Below are positions 42,721 through 53,228 of a stretch of 64,000 nt of DNA, one piece after another. How positions within the stretch are numbered: position 1 is the stretch's first letter; each line of letters opens with the position of its first letter. The notes below the pieces were generated by a model. The model was not told the DNA's origin. It searched no databases and saw only the letters and a program-made list of their open reading frames with translations. Source of the stretch: Bacteroidales bacterium (GTDB lineage: Bacteria; Bacteroidota; Bacteroidia; Bacteroidales; UBA4181); NCBI GenBank assembly GCA_031271175.1, contig JAISWE010000190.1:27-64026 (forward strand). The letters are read 5' to 3'. Both the position numbers and the translations under genes were made by a program.

Positions 42721-43671
42721 ATGAAAGATATCATTGCACCTGTCGATAAGCGGCTCTTATTAAATGAATTGACTCCGGACAAGTTTTTGCGTAAAACCAA
42801 CAAACTTAACAACGATCTGTATGTAGTTTCGGCTCATGATTCTCCGAACGTGATGAGAGAGATAGGACGTTTGCGCGAATTGTCGTTCCGTTATGCCGGC
42901 GGAGGCACCGGCGAAGAAATAGATATGGATCATTACGACGTTGCCGAAAATCCATACAGGCAATTGATCGTGTGGAACAACACGGAACAGGAAATCCTTG
43001 GCGGTTACCGGTTTCATATTTGCGACGAGTCGCACGTCGGCAAGGATGGTAAAATCAATTTGGCGACAGCAGAACTGTTTCATTTTTCCGATACCTTCAT
43101 CAGGGAATACTTGCCGTACACCATTGAATTGGGACGTTCGTTCGTACAGCCCGCCTTTCAATCCACCAATCGTTTCGGGAAAGGGATGTACTCGCTGGAC
43201 AATTTGTGGGACGGCTTGGGAGCCTTGGTGGTGCGGAATCCCGACAAACGCTATTTCCTCGGAAAAGCCACCATGTACACATCCTACAACATAAATGCCC
43301 GCAACATGATTCTTTTCTTCCTCAACAAACATTTCGGTGACAGGGAACGGTTGATCTATCCTCACGAAACCCTTTCCCTTCAACCGGATATGCATGAAGA
43401 TGAAATGAACAAAATCTTCATCGGCAACAGTTATGAGGAAGATTATCGAATCCTTTTCCAGAAGGTAAGAAGCTACGGAGAAAATATTCCGCCCATGATT
43501 CATTCCTACATGAACCTGTCGCCATCCATGCGGATTTTTGGGACGGCACGCAATCCTTTCTTCGGCGGTGTGGAAGAAACCGGCCTGCTGATTACCATCA
43601 ACGATATATACGGAAATAAAGTGGAACGCCACATCTCAACCTATCAAAACAATAACGAAAAGCAAATATGA
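42721..43671 (+). CDS. OlsB/hemolysin-like GNAT N-acyltransferase (glsB-like, N-acyl amino acid lipid synthesis)
   Basis: 316 aa. REIGRLRELSFRYAGGGTGEEIDMDHYD and GYRFHI are typical of the OlsB-like acyltransferases found in Bacteroidota. It is translationally coupled to an acyltransferase gene. Confidence 0.6.
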   Translation: MKDIIAPVDKRLLLNELTPDKFLRKTNKLNNDLYVVSAHDSPNVMREIGRLRELSFRYAGGGTGEEIDMDHYDVAENPYRQLIVWNNTEQEILGGYRFHICDESHVGKDGKINLATAELFHFSDTFIREYLPYTIELGRSFVQPAFQSTNRFGKGMYSLDNLWDGLGALVVRNPDKRYFLGKATMYTSYNINARNMILFFLNKHFGDRERLIYPHETLSLQPDMHEDEMNKIFIGNSYEEDYRILFQKVRSYGENIPPMIHSYMNLSPSMRIFGTARNPFFGGVEETGLLITINDIYGNKVERHISTYQNNNEKQI

Positions 43672-45038
43672 TCAGTTTCGAGAACATCAGCAAAACCAAC
43701 ATTCATTACCGGATACTCTATCATTACGTTAATTTTGTCCACAATTTTATTTATTATTCCCGTTACTATGTACTGCACAAAGAACGGATTCCCCGTGGAG
43801 AGCCTATCGTCGCCGTGAGCAACCACCAAAACGGCTTGACGGATGCTTTGGGAGTCCTGTTTTCATTCGGACGGGACGGACGCTACGTGGTATTCATCGC
43901 GCGGGCAGACATTTTCCGGTACAAAATAGCAGCCATTCTGCTGCGCTGGCTGAAAATCATGCCCGCTTTCCGTTCGGTGGATGTCGGTAAGGAAGGACTT
44001 GAAGACAATGCCGAAATTTTCGCACAGTCGGCAAAAGTGCTCGTCGATAACGGTGTGGTATGCCTGTTCCCGGAAGCAGGACATGAAGATTGTCACCATC
44101 TTGGGACATTCAAGAAAGGTTTCGCTCGCATCGCCTTTAAAGCGGCGGAAATGACGAACTATGAAAAACGAATCCACATCCTGCCCATGTCCAACCACTA
44201 TTCCGATTATTTCGGAGTACAGAACAAACTGATCATTACCGTCGGCGAACCCTTTACATTTGAAGACCTGTACGAAACCTACCAACAACACCCTCAACGC
44301 GCCCAAAAAATACTGACCGACCGCGCTCGGGAAAAAGTAAAAGCGTTGATGCTCGACATCGAAGACAAGTCACTGTATGAAGAATATAACATACTCCGCA
44401 CCATATATGACTGGAACTACCTGCGGAAAAGAGGAAAATCCGTACGATATTTCCCGAACATACTGCAAGCCGACAAGGAAATTGTAGCATCAGTAAGTCT
44501 GCTACGCGAACAGAACCCCTCCTGCTACGATAAATTATTAAAAACAGCCAAAGAATATAGCCTGCTATTGGACAAACTATACCTGCACGACTGGATTTTC
44601 CGACAAAAACTCTCCTTCGGCACTTTCCTGCTGCGCTTCCTCTTGGCTTTACTGGTTATTCCATTCATTGTTTATGGGTTTATACTTAATGCGATTCCAT
44701 TCAACACAAGTACCTTGGTCACGCGGCGTATCAAAGACCAGATGCTGCATTCCTCGTTCCATTTCGTAATCGGCGTACTGTTTGCGTTCCCGATATGGTA
44801 TATGGCGCTGTTTATTACGGCATGGTGTGTGACATGCAAGCTATGGATGGCGCTCCTGTTTCTGGTAACCCTTCCCGTCAGCCTGGTGATCTATATTCAC
44901 AGCAAAATTATTGTCGGAAAACAATTCAACCGCTTCCGCCGTTTTCGCTTCTGGTTTCGTGGCGACCGTTTCTACCTGCGCGCTATTGAACTGCGAAAAG
45001 AGATTGTAGGGATGCTGGACGAATTATTGCCGGTATAA
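43668..45038 (+). CDS. lysophospholipid/1-acyl-glycerol-3-phosphate-type O-acyltransferase with C-terminal TM region (glsA-like)
   Basis: The HX4D motif is NHQNGLTDAL, and FPEAGH is also present. There are C-terminal hydrophobic helices. The start overlaps the upstream stop. Confidence 0.6.
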   Translation: MISFENISKTNIHYRILYHYVNFVHNFIYYSRYYVLHKERIPRGEPIVAVSNHQNGLTDALGVLFSFGRDGRYVVFIARADIFRYKIAAILLRWLKIMPAFRSVDVGKEGLEDNAEIFAQSAKVLVDNGVVCLFPEAGHEDCHHLGTFKKGFARIAFKAAEMTNYEKRIHILPMSNHYSDYFGVQNKLIITVGEPFTFEDLYETYQQHPQRAQKILTDRAREKVKALMLDIEDKSLYEEYNILRTIYDWNYLRKRGKSVRYFPNILQADKEIVASVSLLREQNPSCYDKLLKTAKEYSLLLDKLYLHDWIFRQKLSFGTFLLRFLLALLVIPFIVYGFILNAIPFNTSTLVTRRIKDQMLHSSFHFVIGVLFAFPIWYMALFITAWCVTCKLWMALLFLVTLPVSLVIYIHSKIIVGKQFNRFRRFRFWFRGDRFYLRAIELRKEIVGMLDELLPV

Positions 45039-45142
45039 CATTCCGTAAACAGCGATTCTCTTTAAAAAGTTATTAACATTTTTACATATTGAATATTAAT
45101 ACTTTTAAGGTATGGCATGTTCATTTTTCACCCTTTGGATGA

Positions 45143-45173
45143 TTTGGGAAAAACAAAATCCAAATTATCTTTG
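45143..45173 (+). promoter_or_regulatory. Bacteroidota-type promoter (TTTG-N19-TAnnTTTG) for parC
   Basis: TTTG lies at 45143-45146 and TATCTTTG at 45166-45173, 20 nt upstream of the ATG. Confidence 0.55.
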
Positions 45174-45193
45174 CAAATCCAATGTGATTTTGT

Positions 45194-47881
45194 ATGTCCG
45201 AAGAAAAAGATAAATTAGAAGGTTTAGAAAATGCTGAAATACAGGACGATGAGTCGAATGACATCTCCGAAGTAGCCGACGGTGCGGGCAAGTTTGATGC
45301 ATTACTGAACATTGATGAAGGCAAAACACACCACATATCGGGGATGTTTCGCGACTGGTTTCTTGATTATGCGTCGTATGTCATTCTTGAGCGTGCTGTG
45401 CCGCACATTGAGGATGGATTGAAACCTGTACAGCGGCGCATTCTCCATGCCATGTTCCGGTTGGACGACGGCCGTTTTAACAAAGTGGCCAACATCATCG
45501 GATTTACTATGCAGTTCCACCCGCATGGCGACGCCTCCATAGGCGACGCGCTGGTACAGCTCGGCCAGAAAGAACTGTTAATAGAAACGCAGGGAAATTT
45601 CGGCAATATCCTTACAGGTGATGAAGCCGCCGCACCCCGTTACATCGAAGCAAGGCTGTCGAAATTTGCTCTGGAAGTGGCTATTAATCCCAAAATCACC
45701 GAATGGATGTCATCTTACGACGGACGCAACAAGGAGCCGGTGACGCTTCCGATGAAATTCCCACTGTTGCTGGCGCAAGGTGTGGAAGGTATCGCCGTAG
45801 GGCTTGCTTCCAAAATCCTACCACACAACTTCAATGAACTGACGGACGCCGCCATTGCCTTTCTCAGGGAAGAGCCTTTCAAACTTTTTCCCGATTTTCC
45901 TACAGGCGGACTTGCCGACTGTGCCGCCTATAACGACGGCGCTCGAGGAGGAAAGGTAAAAGTAAGGGCGCGTATCAATAAGGTGGACAGCAAAACGCTG
46001 GTGATCAGTGAAATACCTTTCGGGCTGGATACATCCAAACTCATGGATTCCATCGTTAAGGCCAACGACAGAGGCAAAATCAAAATCAAAAAAGTGGATG
46101 ACAACACGGCACAAAATGCCGAAATCGTCATACAGCTACCCAACGACGTGTCGCCGGATTTGACCATTGATGCGCTCTATGCCTTCACCGACTGCGAAAT
46201 TTCGATATCCACCTATGCTTGCGTGATAAAAGACAACAAGCCGGTGTTTCTCAGCGTGTCGGACATCCTGAGAATCACTACCGGCCAAACGATGGCATTG
46301 TTGCGAAAAGAATTGGAAATTCGACTCAGCGAGCTGGAAGAAGATTGGCATTACTCATCGCTTGAAAAGATTTTCTTCGAACAGCGGATTTATCACGAAC
46401 TGGAAAAAGATTCCGCAACGTGGGAAGACCAGTTAGCCGCCATCGACAAAGCTTTTAACCCGTTCCGTCCGTTGCTTCGCAAGGAAATAAGCGCCGAAGA
46501 TATTGTCAAACTGACCGAAAAACCGGTTCGCCGTATTTCCAAGTTTGATATCAAAAAAGCGGATGAACACATTCGCTCCGTTGAAGATGAAATGGAAAAA
46601 GTAAAAAACGACCTGGGCAATCTGGTGCGTTATACCATCGACTATTTTAAACGCATCAAAAAGAAATACGGCGCGGGACACGAACGAAAAACCGAATTGC
46701 GCAGCTTCGAGACCATCTCCGCCACCCGCGTGGTGATGGCCAACGAAAAACTCTACGTCAACTGGGAAGAAGGTTTTGCCGGTTACGGCTTAAAAAAAGA
46801 CCAGTATGTTTGCGATTGCTCGGATATGGATGAAATTATCGTTGTTCGCAAAGATGGCACTTATCTGGTAAACAAAATCAGCGAAAAGGCGTTTGTCGGG
46901 AAAAACCTCCAATATGTAAATATTTTCCAGCGGAATGACAATCGAACGATATACAATATCATCTATCGCGACGGACGCAACGGCCCCGTCATGGTCAAAC
47001 GATGCGCCATTCCCGTCATCACGCGCGAGAAGGAATACCATCTGACCAAAGGCACCCCGGGTTCCCAGCTGTTGTATTTCAGCGCCAACCCCAACGGAGA
47101 AGCCGAATTGCTGCGTGTAACACTCAAGCCCCGTCCACGCCTGAAACACCTTAGCATGGATGTCAATTTTGCCGATATTGCCATCAAAGGACGCGATGCA
47201 CAAGGCAATATCCTCACCCGCTTTGCCATTCACAAAATAGCGGTGAAGGAACGCGGTATTTCTACGCTCGGCGGGAAACAAATATGGTGGGATGCCGACG
47301 TGCAACGCCTCAACGAAGAAGGACGAGGCATGCTGCTGGGTGAATTTAATCCGAGCGACAAATTGCTGGCGGTCTTTGCCGACGGTACGTTCCGCACTTC
47401 CGGCTTCGAGGTGTCACTCCATTTTGAAGACAACATCCGTTTGATTGAAAAGTTCGACGGCACGGCGATCTATACGGCAGTGTACTACGAGTCTGAGGCC
47501 AAACAGTGGTACCTCAAACGCTTCCCGTTTGAGCAGACGACACAAGCCATCTCCTTCATCGGAGAAGGCAAGCGGGAATTAAAATGCCTGAGCCGCGAAA
47601 TCCGGCCACGCTTCAACATCTTTTTCGGTGGACTGTCAAAATATAAGCCACAGGAAACCCTTGTCGCCGATGAGTTTATTTCCGTAAAAAGCCTTCGTGC
47701 GAAAGGCAAACGCCTGTCAACTTTTGAAATTGCCAAAGTAGAAGAAATAGCGCCATTGCCTCCATCAGCGACGGTTCAGCCGGAAAATGCCCCACCGGAA
47801 CCACCCGCCGCCGACCGCCCTCCCGAAACAAAACGCAAAGCAGGCAACGGAAAAGCAGAACAAATGACTTTGGAACTGTAA
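45194..47881 (+). CDS. parC: DNA topoisomerase IV subunit A
   Basis: 895 aa. ERAVPHIEDGLKPVQRRILHAM and QFHPHGDASIGDALVQLGQ fit the type IIA A-subunit N-terminal domain, in the Bacteroidota ParC style rather than GyrA. There is a P/A-rich tail. Confidence 0.8.
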   Translation: MSEEKDKLEGLENAEIQDDESNDISEVADGAGKFDALLNIDEGKTHHISGMFRDWFLDYASYVILERAVPHIEDGLKPVQRRILHAMFRLDDGRFNKVANIIGFTMQFHPHGDASIGDALVQLGQKELLIETQGNFGNILTGDEAAAPRYIEARLSKFALEVAINPKITEWMSSYDGRNKEPVTLPMKFPLLLAQGVEGIAVGLASKILPHNFNELTDAAIAFLREEPFKLFPDFPTGGLADCAAYNDGARGGKVKVRARINKVDSKTLVISEIPFGLDTSKLMDSIVKANDRGKIKIKKVDDNTAQNAEIVIQLPNDVSPDLTIDALYAFTDCEISISTYACVIKDNKPVFLSVSDILRITTGQTMALLRKELEIRLSELEEDWHYSSLEKIFFEQRIYHELEKDSATWEDQLAAIDKAFNPFRPLLRKEISAEDIVKLTEKPVRRISKFDIKKADEHIRSVEDEMEKVKNDLGNLVRYTIDYFKRIKKKYGAGHERKTELRSFETISATRVVMANEKLYVNWEEGFAGYGLKKDQYVCDCSDMDEIIVVRKDGTYLVNKISEKAFVGKNLQYVNIFQRNDNRTIYNIIYRDGRNGPVMVKRCAIPVITREKEYHLTKGTPGSQLLYFSANPNGEAELLRVTLKPRPRLKHLSMDVNFADIAIKGRDAQGNILTRFAIHKIAVKERGISTLGGKQIWWDADVQRLNEEGRGMLLGEFNPSDKLLAVFADGTFRTSGFEVSLHFEDNIRLIEKFDGTAIYTAVYYESEAKQWYLKRFPFEQTTQAISFIGEGKRELKCLSREIRPRFNIFFGGLSKYKPQETLVADEFISVKSLRAKGKRLSTFEIAKVEEIAPLPPSATVQPENAPPEPPAADRPPETKRKAGNGKAEQMTLEL

Positions 47882-47887
47882 GCCGAA

Positions 47888-48460
47888 CTATTTAGGGATG
47901 ATCAGCAGCTTCTCAATTACTGCCGGAAAATGTTCATATTCCAGCGCATGTATTTTCTTTGCCAGCGTATCAGGCGTATCCTCCCGATCGACACAACATT
48001 TTGCCTGAAAAATGATGTCGCCTTCATCATAATTTTCATTAACATAATGAATGGTAATGCCCGATTCCGTATCCCCGTGCGCAAGAACAGCGCGGTGAAC
48101 ATGTTCGCCATACATCCCTTTGCCCCCATATCTCGGTAAAAGCGCCGGATGGATATTCACAATTTTCCCGGGAAACGCATGAATAATATTCTCCGGAATC
48201 TTCCATAAAAAACCTGCCAGCACAATTAAATCGGGCGAAAGCGATTGCAATGCACAAAGAACGGCATCCGACCGGTACAGGGCGTCTTTGCCGAATACTG
48301 CCGTCGGAATACCGAACTGCTCAGCCCGCTTCAACGCCAACGCATCCGGGCGGTTGCAAAAAACCTTCGCCACGCAAACTTGCCCTCTCCCACGGAAATA
48401 TTCAACGATTCGCTGCATATTCGAACCCGATCCGGAAACAAATATTACAATATCACGCAT
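47888..48460 (-). CDS. purN: phosphoribosylglycinamide formyltransferase
   Basis: 190 aa. IVIFVSGSGSNMQ and IVNIHPALLPRYGGKGMYGEHVH...GITIHYV match PurN motifs. Confidence 0.85.
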   Translation of the reverse strand: MRDIVIFVSGSGSNMQRIVEYFRGRGQVCVAKVFCNRPDALALKRAEQFGIPTAVFGKDALYRSDAVLCALQSLSPDLIVLAGFLWKIPENIIHAFPGKIVNIHPALLPRYGGKGMYGEHVHRAVLAHGDTESGITIHYVNENYDEGDIIFQAKCCVDREDTPDTLAKKIHALEYEHFPAVIEKLLIIPK

Positions 48461-48545
48461 GCTGTCAAGAAAAAAAAATTATGCAAAAATACTATTAATC
48501 CCGGAAAAGATAAATATCTTTGCAATTTATTTCATCCTTCGCGGG

Positions 48546-49193
48546 ATGAGCGTAAATTTGATTTTTATGTTAAAAAACGAGTTAAACGAAAAAAACAGGA
48601 TCAGGAAAGAAATCAAACTCAGGGTGAGCAACGGCGAACCCAAACAGGATATCTTGGAAGACATGTCGAAAAAGTACAGGAACAATATGTTTATCATAAA
48701 GACATTGGAATCAACTCCGTCCGTGGCAGTAAAAAAGAAGTATTTCTATTGCAATATCGCGGTGTTTATCCTTTTACTGTCGATATTTGTGTTTGACCTG
48801 ATGCTGCTGGCGAAACTGTTTTTCCCCGACCGGTTCTACTCCTCCGATTCGGCCTTTGCCGGCGAACTTGAATTTTTGAACCTTTCTTTCGCTTTCTTCA
48901 ACCTGTTGCTGGATATCTTTCTGTTGGTCGGTATCGCCCTATACCGTATGGAGGCCTACAGTTGGATCGCGGCGCGTGCAATCATATCTCTGCTTCAAAT
49001 TATTGCCGTGAATGCTGTTTACCATTTTATCGACCCGCTTTCATATTACACGCTGGGACTGTTGCTAATCTCTTTTATTGCCGGACTGTTCATGAGCGTC
49101 AAGTTAAGTCCCCGGCGTGTTCCCAAAGTCATTGAACTGGTGGACGGCAATAACGAAACGATAAAAAAGACCATTTATGTTTTTCCCGATTGA
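48546..49193 (+). CDS. membrane protein, function unknown
   Basis: The start was set at ATG 48546. The upstream part of the tracked ORF overlaps purN antisense. A TATCTTTG -7 box lies at 48515-48522. There are four hydrophobic helices. Confidence 0.5.
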   Translation: MSVNLIFMLKNELNEKNRIRKEIKLRVSNGEPKQDILEDMSKKYRNNMFIIKTLESTPSVAVKKKYFYCNIAVFILLLSIFVFDLMLLAKLFFPDRFYSSDSAFAGELEFLNLSFAFFNLLLDIFLLVGIALYRMEAYSWIAARAIISLLQIIAVNAVYHFIDPLSYYTLGLLLISFIAGLFMSVKLSPRRVPKVIELVDGNNETIKKTIYVFPD

Positions 49194-50002
49194 ATATGAC
49201 CAAAGATAAAGACCATACGAAGCATCAACCCGCACTGGAATCTTTCGGGCGGCTGATGGACATCATGGACGAGTTGCGCGAAAAATGTCCGTGGGACAAA
49301 AAACAAACTTTTGAAAGCCTGCGACATCTCACCATCGAGGAAACTTACGAACTTGCCGGCGCCATTCTTGAAAGAAACATGGACGATATCCGCAAAGAAT
49401 TGGGAGACATTCTGCTGCACATCGTTTTTTATGCCAAAATCGCTTCCGAAACGGGCGATTTTACTATCAAGGAGGTCATCGACGGGCTGTGCGAAAAACT
49501 GATTTTCCGCCATCCCCATGTATTCGGAGATGTACCGGTCAATGACGAGTTGGAGGTGAAAAGCAATTGGGAAAACCTGAAAATAAAGGAAGGCAGCCGG
49601 TCTATACTTGCGGGCGTGCCGGAATCGCTGCCTGCCATGGTGAAAGCGCTGCGAATACAAGACAAGGTGCGGGCTGTAGGGTTCGACTGGGATCAACGCG
49701 AACAGGTATGGGACAAAGTGAACGAGGAACTTGATGAACTAAAACAGGAAATGGAGCGGATGGATGCCGGCAAAGCGGAAAACGAACTGGGAGACCTGCT
49801 CTTTTCGATCATCAATACAGCGCGTTTGTACGGTTTTGATCCGGAATCAGCCCTTGAACGCACCAATCGAAAATTTATCAAACGTTTCAACTACCTCGAA
49901 CAGAAAACCATTCGTGCAGGCAGACCGTTGACCGCTATGTCGCTGGACGAAATGAACGTCATCTGGGAAGAAGCGAAAAAAAACGACGACCGGTCATCCT
50001 AA
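49190..50002 (+). CDS. mazG: nucleoside triphosphate pyrophosphohydrolase MazG
   Basis: 270 aa. LREKCPWDKKQTFESLRHLTIEETYELAGAI and a second EXXE repeat (ELGDLLFSIIN) are typical of MazG. Confidence 0.85.
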   Translation: MNMTKDKDHTKHQPALESFGRLMDIMDELREKCPWDKKQTFESLRHLTIEETYELAGAILERNMDDIRKELGDILLHIVFYAKIASETGDFTIKEVIDGLCEKLIFRHPHVFGDVPVNDELEVKSNWENLKIKEGSRSILAGVPESLPAMVKALRIQDKVRAVGFDWDQREQVWDKVNEELDELKQEMERMDAGKAENELGDLLFSIINTARLYGFDPESALERTNRKFIKRFNYLEQKTIRAGRPLTAMSLDEMNVIWEEAKKNDDRSS

Positions 50003-50048
50003 ATCCTCATTTGTCATTATCCCATCATCGTTCATTAAGGAAGAAGCT

Positions 50049-50915
50049 TTGCGCATCGGTTTTGCCGATTGCCGCATTGCACAGGCAACAGACCTGATGG
50101 TCGAAATGCGGCATCTGAACTGCTGGCTGGACGCCGGAATGCATGGAACAATGACCTACATGGCGCGCAACCTCGAAAAACGCATCCGCCCCGCACTACT
50201 GGCGGAACATACCCGAACGGTGGCCTCATTAGCGGTAAACTACTTTCCGCGCGTGCGGCAACATCCCGAACTGCCTCAAATCGCCAAATATGCCTATGGA
50301 AAGGACTATCACCCTGTAGTAAAAAAAATGCTGCACCGCTTGTTGGCATCCCTCCGCAATCGCTATGGGAAAGTATTGGGACGAGCGTTTACCGACTCCG
50401 CTCCGGTAATGGAACATGCATGGGCGGAACGAAGCGGACTGGGCTGGACGGGCAAACATTCGCTGACCATTCACCCGCGCTTCGGATCGTATATCTTTCT
50501 CGGCGAACTGTTTCTCGACCTCGACCTCGAACCGGATACCCCTCTTGCCAACCGTTGCGGATCGTGCACACGCTGCATGGATGCCTGTCCGGTAAAGGCA
50601 ATTGTCGCACCCCGTGTAGTGGACGCACGCCGCTGCCTCTCCTGCCTGACCATCGAACACAAAGGCGACTTACCCCCGCACTTGTCGCTGCACCGGCAAC
50701 TGTTCGGCTGCGACATCTGTCAGAATGTCTGTCCCTGGAACAAAAGGGCGCAACCCACCCTGATCCCCGAATTTGAACCGAACAAGGCCTTGCTGGAAAA
50801 AACCGCCGATGAATGGATGCAACTCTCAGAAAACGAATTTAACCTGCTGACCGCAGCATCGCCGCTGCAACGCGCCGGATTTGTCGCCATCAAACGAAAC
50901 CTCGGCATCCTCTAA
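50049..50915 (+). CDS. queG: tRNA epoxyqueuosine(34) reductase QueG; true start probably upstream of the tracked TTG
   Basis: CGSCTRCMDACP and FGCDICQNVCPWN are the 4Fe-4S motifs. The in-frame residues ..IIPSSFIKEEAL just upstream (50016-50048) look like the conserved QueG N-terminus, but no ATG/GTG/TTG precedes them. Confidence 0.8.
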   Translation: MRIGFADCRIAQATDLMVEMRHLNCWLDAGMHGTMTYMARNLEKRIRPALLAEHTRTVASLAVNYFPRVRQHPELPQIAKYAYGKDYHPVVKKMLHRLLASLRNRYGKVLGRAFTDSAPVMEHAWAERSGLGWTGKHSLTIHPRFGSYIFLGELFLDLDLEPDTPLANRCGSCTRCMDACPVKAIVAPRVVDARRCLSCLTIEHKGDLPPHLSLHRQLFGCDICQNVCPWNKRAQPTLIPEFEPNKALLEKTADEWMQLSENEFNLLTAASPLQRAGFVAIKRNLGIL

Positions 50916-50945
50916 TCCAAACCACGGTACGGGTGAGTACCGGTT

Positions 50946-52979
50946 TTAATCGGTTTTCAAAACATACCGGTATCTGAAACGTGCGTTGGGCGCCGTATCC
51001 CCGTGATCCATAAAATCACGGATATCGCCGTTTTGAAGCATGTTATCCGCCCATTTGAAGTCGAAAACCGGTGTGGCGGAAAGCCCTAAACGCTGCAAAG
51101 GAATGGACAGTTCGATGCAGCGGTTTGTAACGCTACAGGGAACATCCATCACTTTTTCCCAATCCCAGCCGCCTTTGGAAACATGCAAACCGGCCTTGTT
51201 GCCGGGCAAGATGTTGACCATATACCGAAAGCCCTCCCATGAAACACCTCCCTGGTCGGTTCCGATAAACAGTTGTACCGGCGCTCCTGCATCCAGAACA
51301 ACATTCTGGGCGGTTGTTGCAAGAAAGTAAACATTTTCGTCGTCATTGGTTGCCTGCGCCGACACGAAATCGTTGCGTCCGGCAGTATTGGACAGCGAGC
51401 CGATGCGTCCCCAACCGAAATGGCTGCGGGGAGTGATGTCGCCGGTATCGTCGTAATAGGAAAGCGCGACAGCCCCCCAATCCTGCGCATTGCCATCAAC
51501 GGTAACGGTATGTTTCCTTTCCGAAACGGGAAGCTGCGGGACGCCTTTAAAACGACGGATCATGTCCGCCATCTGGTAATAATAGTTGTCGCCGAAACCT
51601 CCGCGCATCGGTTCTATGTCGCGGCTGTATTCTTCGTTATACTGATCGACGAAATAGGTGTCGCCGTTCGCGATGGGTTTTCCGCACATCTGGCTGGCTC
51701 CGCCGTTGGTGAAGCGCATGGCCACCCATTCGTTCCATCCGGTGATAAAGATAAATTCCGGATCGACGGATAACGCCCGCCCCCATTGTTCGTCAAAGAA
51801 AAGCCCTTCGCCCGACTTCAGCGTCGCCGGCTGTTGGCCGTTACTGTAGCTGCGTCCGATATTGGAGGTAGGATGCGTGGCGGCGGCTACCGATATTTGT
51901 TCGGCTTTGCCGGCGTCGTGCCATCCGTACTCTTGGGGAAAATAGTCGGCCCACGCCCATTTATCCTTGCCGTTGCCGAACCAGCTACCCCCCGTATCGA
52001 ACCATGAATGGCGCAGGGTGAAGAAATTGAGACATTCCGTCGAAAGACCTTCTGAGGAGCAGAGCGCCAGCGGTTCTCCTTTCCATTCGAACCAGAAGTC
52101 GCGATATTTTCTGGGGGCATAAAAGTCGTTGTACAGCCGCTGAAGGGTGGCGGGCGCGCTGCTGTTGAAGATGCTTGCGATTTTCAAGGTAGCGCGTCCC
52201 TGCGCTTTCATGCGTTCCATCACCCTGCATATTGTTTCGATGTTCTGTTGATAAATGTAACCGTTGGTATTATCGAGAATCAATACATCCACGCCGGCGT
52301 CGGTCAATAGCTGCACATGTTTCTCGATCACCCATTCGTCATTGGACACATAATAGCCGAAATGAGGCTCCGCCCAGTGATGAAACGCATGAACCGGCCC
52401 ATACTGCGGAGCGGACGGATTGGCAGCGAGCAATTTGGAAATATCATACGGGCTTCGCGTATCGGAAGTTTTAGGAAGCTGCACCGTTTCATGGTCTTCA
52501 TGAAGATCGTATCCGTGCGCTCCCAGCCACAGGAAATAGAAGATGCCTACATAACGCTGTTTTACGTTTCCGTAGGTTTCCCATGTCCCTATTTTCCGGC
52601 CGAGCGCATCCACGGCCACCCATGTATCGGCTTTGGAAACAGTGCTGGCGGACGCGATGCCAACCGACACGTCAACAGACCGTATATGATTGTTCACCAT
52701 AATGGTTATTTTTGCGGAACCTTCTCCGGTAGCAGTAATCAATCCCGTTTCGGACACAGTGGCAACGGATTTGTCACTTGGCGAATAGCTCACCGTTACG
52801 GAAATGTCCGGAGGATTGGTGGTTACCTCAAGTTGCTGCGTATTGGGCGTTCCTCCGTACACTAAGTTTACGGATTCGGGCGATACGCTGAAACTGTTCA
52901 ATTCGACTTTCTTGTCTTTGCATCCGCAGATACCGACTATTGCTACAAGGATGCATCCTATTTTCATATATTTTAACAT
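50946..52979 (-). CDS. glycoside-hydrolase-like lipoprotein with N-terminal Big_2 domain (paralog of 37079-39538 without T9SS domain)
   Basis: Lipobox GICGC, then a Big_2-like segment (FSVSPESVNLVYGG...). Next come DTWVAVDALGR, RYVGIFYFLWLG, VQLLTDAGVDVLILDNTNG and FKWADNMLQNGDIRDF. Confidence 0.6.
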   Translation of the reverse strand: MLKYMKIGCILVAIVGICGCKDKKVELNSFSVSPESVNLVYGGTPNTQQLEVTTNPPDISVTVSYSPSDKSVATVSETGLITATGEGSAKITIMVNNHIRSVDVSVGIASASTVSKADTWVAVDALGRKIGTWETYGNVKQRYVGIFYFLWLGAHGYDLHEDHETVQLPKTSDTRSPYDISKLLAANPSAPQYGPVHAFHHWAEPHFGYYVSNDEWVIEKHVQLLTDAGVDVLILDNTNGYIYQQNIETICRVMERMKAQGRATLKIASIFNSSAPATLQRLYNDFYAPRKYRDFWFEWKGEPLALCSSEGLSTECLNFFTLRHSWFDTGGSWFGNGKDKWAWADYFPQEYGWHDAGKAEQISVAAATHPTSNIGRSYSNGQQPATLKSGEGLFFDEQWGRALSVDPEFIFITGWNEWVAMRFTNGGASQMCGKPIANGDTYFVDQYNEEYSRDIEPMRGGFGDNYYYQMADMIRRFKGVPQLPVSERKHTVTVDGNAQDWGAVALSYYDDTGDITPRSHFGWGRIGSLSNTAGRNDFVSAQATNDDENVYFLATTAQNVVLDAGAPVQLFIGTDQGGVSWEGFRYMVNILPGNKAGLHVSKGGWDWEKVMDVPCSVTNRCIELSIPLQRLGLSATPVFDFKWADNMLQNGDIRDFMDHGDTAPNARFRYRYVLKTD

Positions 52980-53228
52980 GTTGATCTTATGTTTATTTTA
53001 ATAATAACGACAAAGATAATGATTTTTTGAATACAAATTTTCTTGTTGTCCGCTAAAAGCGAAAAAGCCATATAATTTATCTGTTACAGAATGATAATCA
53101 GTGGTATTTTTAAGGCAGTAATGAAAAATTTTCGGAAATATTTTTTCGCCTAAAAGAAAAAAAGAGTATATTTGTCGGATAATTTTTGTTATTTTTGAAT
53201 TTCATCATTTTTTAAACATTAAGCAATT

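Noticed and set aside
50069-50776. 235-aa alternative-frame ORF inside queG, and minus-strand ORFs at 50229-50716.
   Set aside because: The queG frame carries both 4Fe-4S cluster motifs and full-length family similarity. The alternatives are R/P/G-rich frame shadows.
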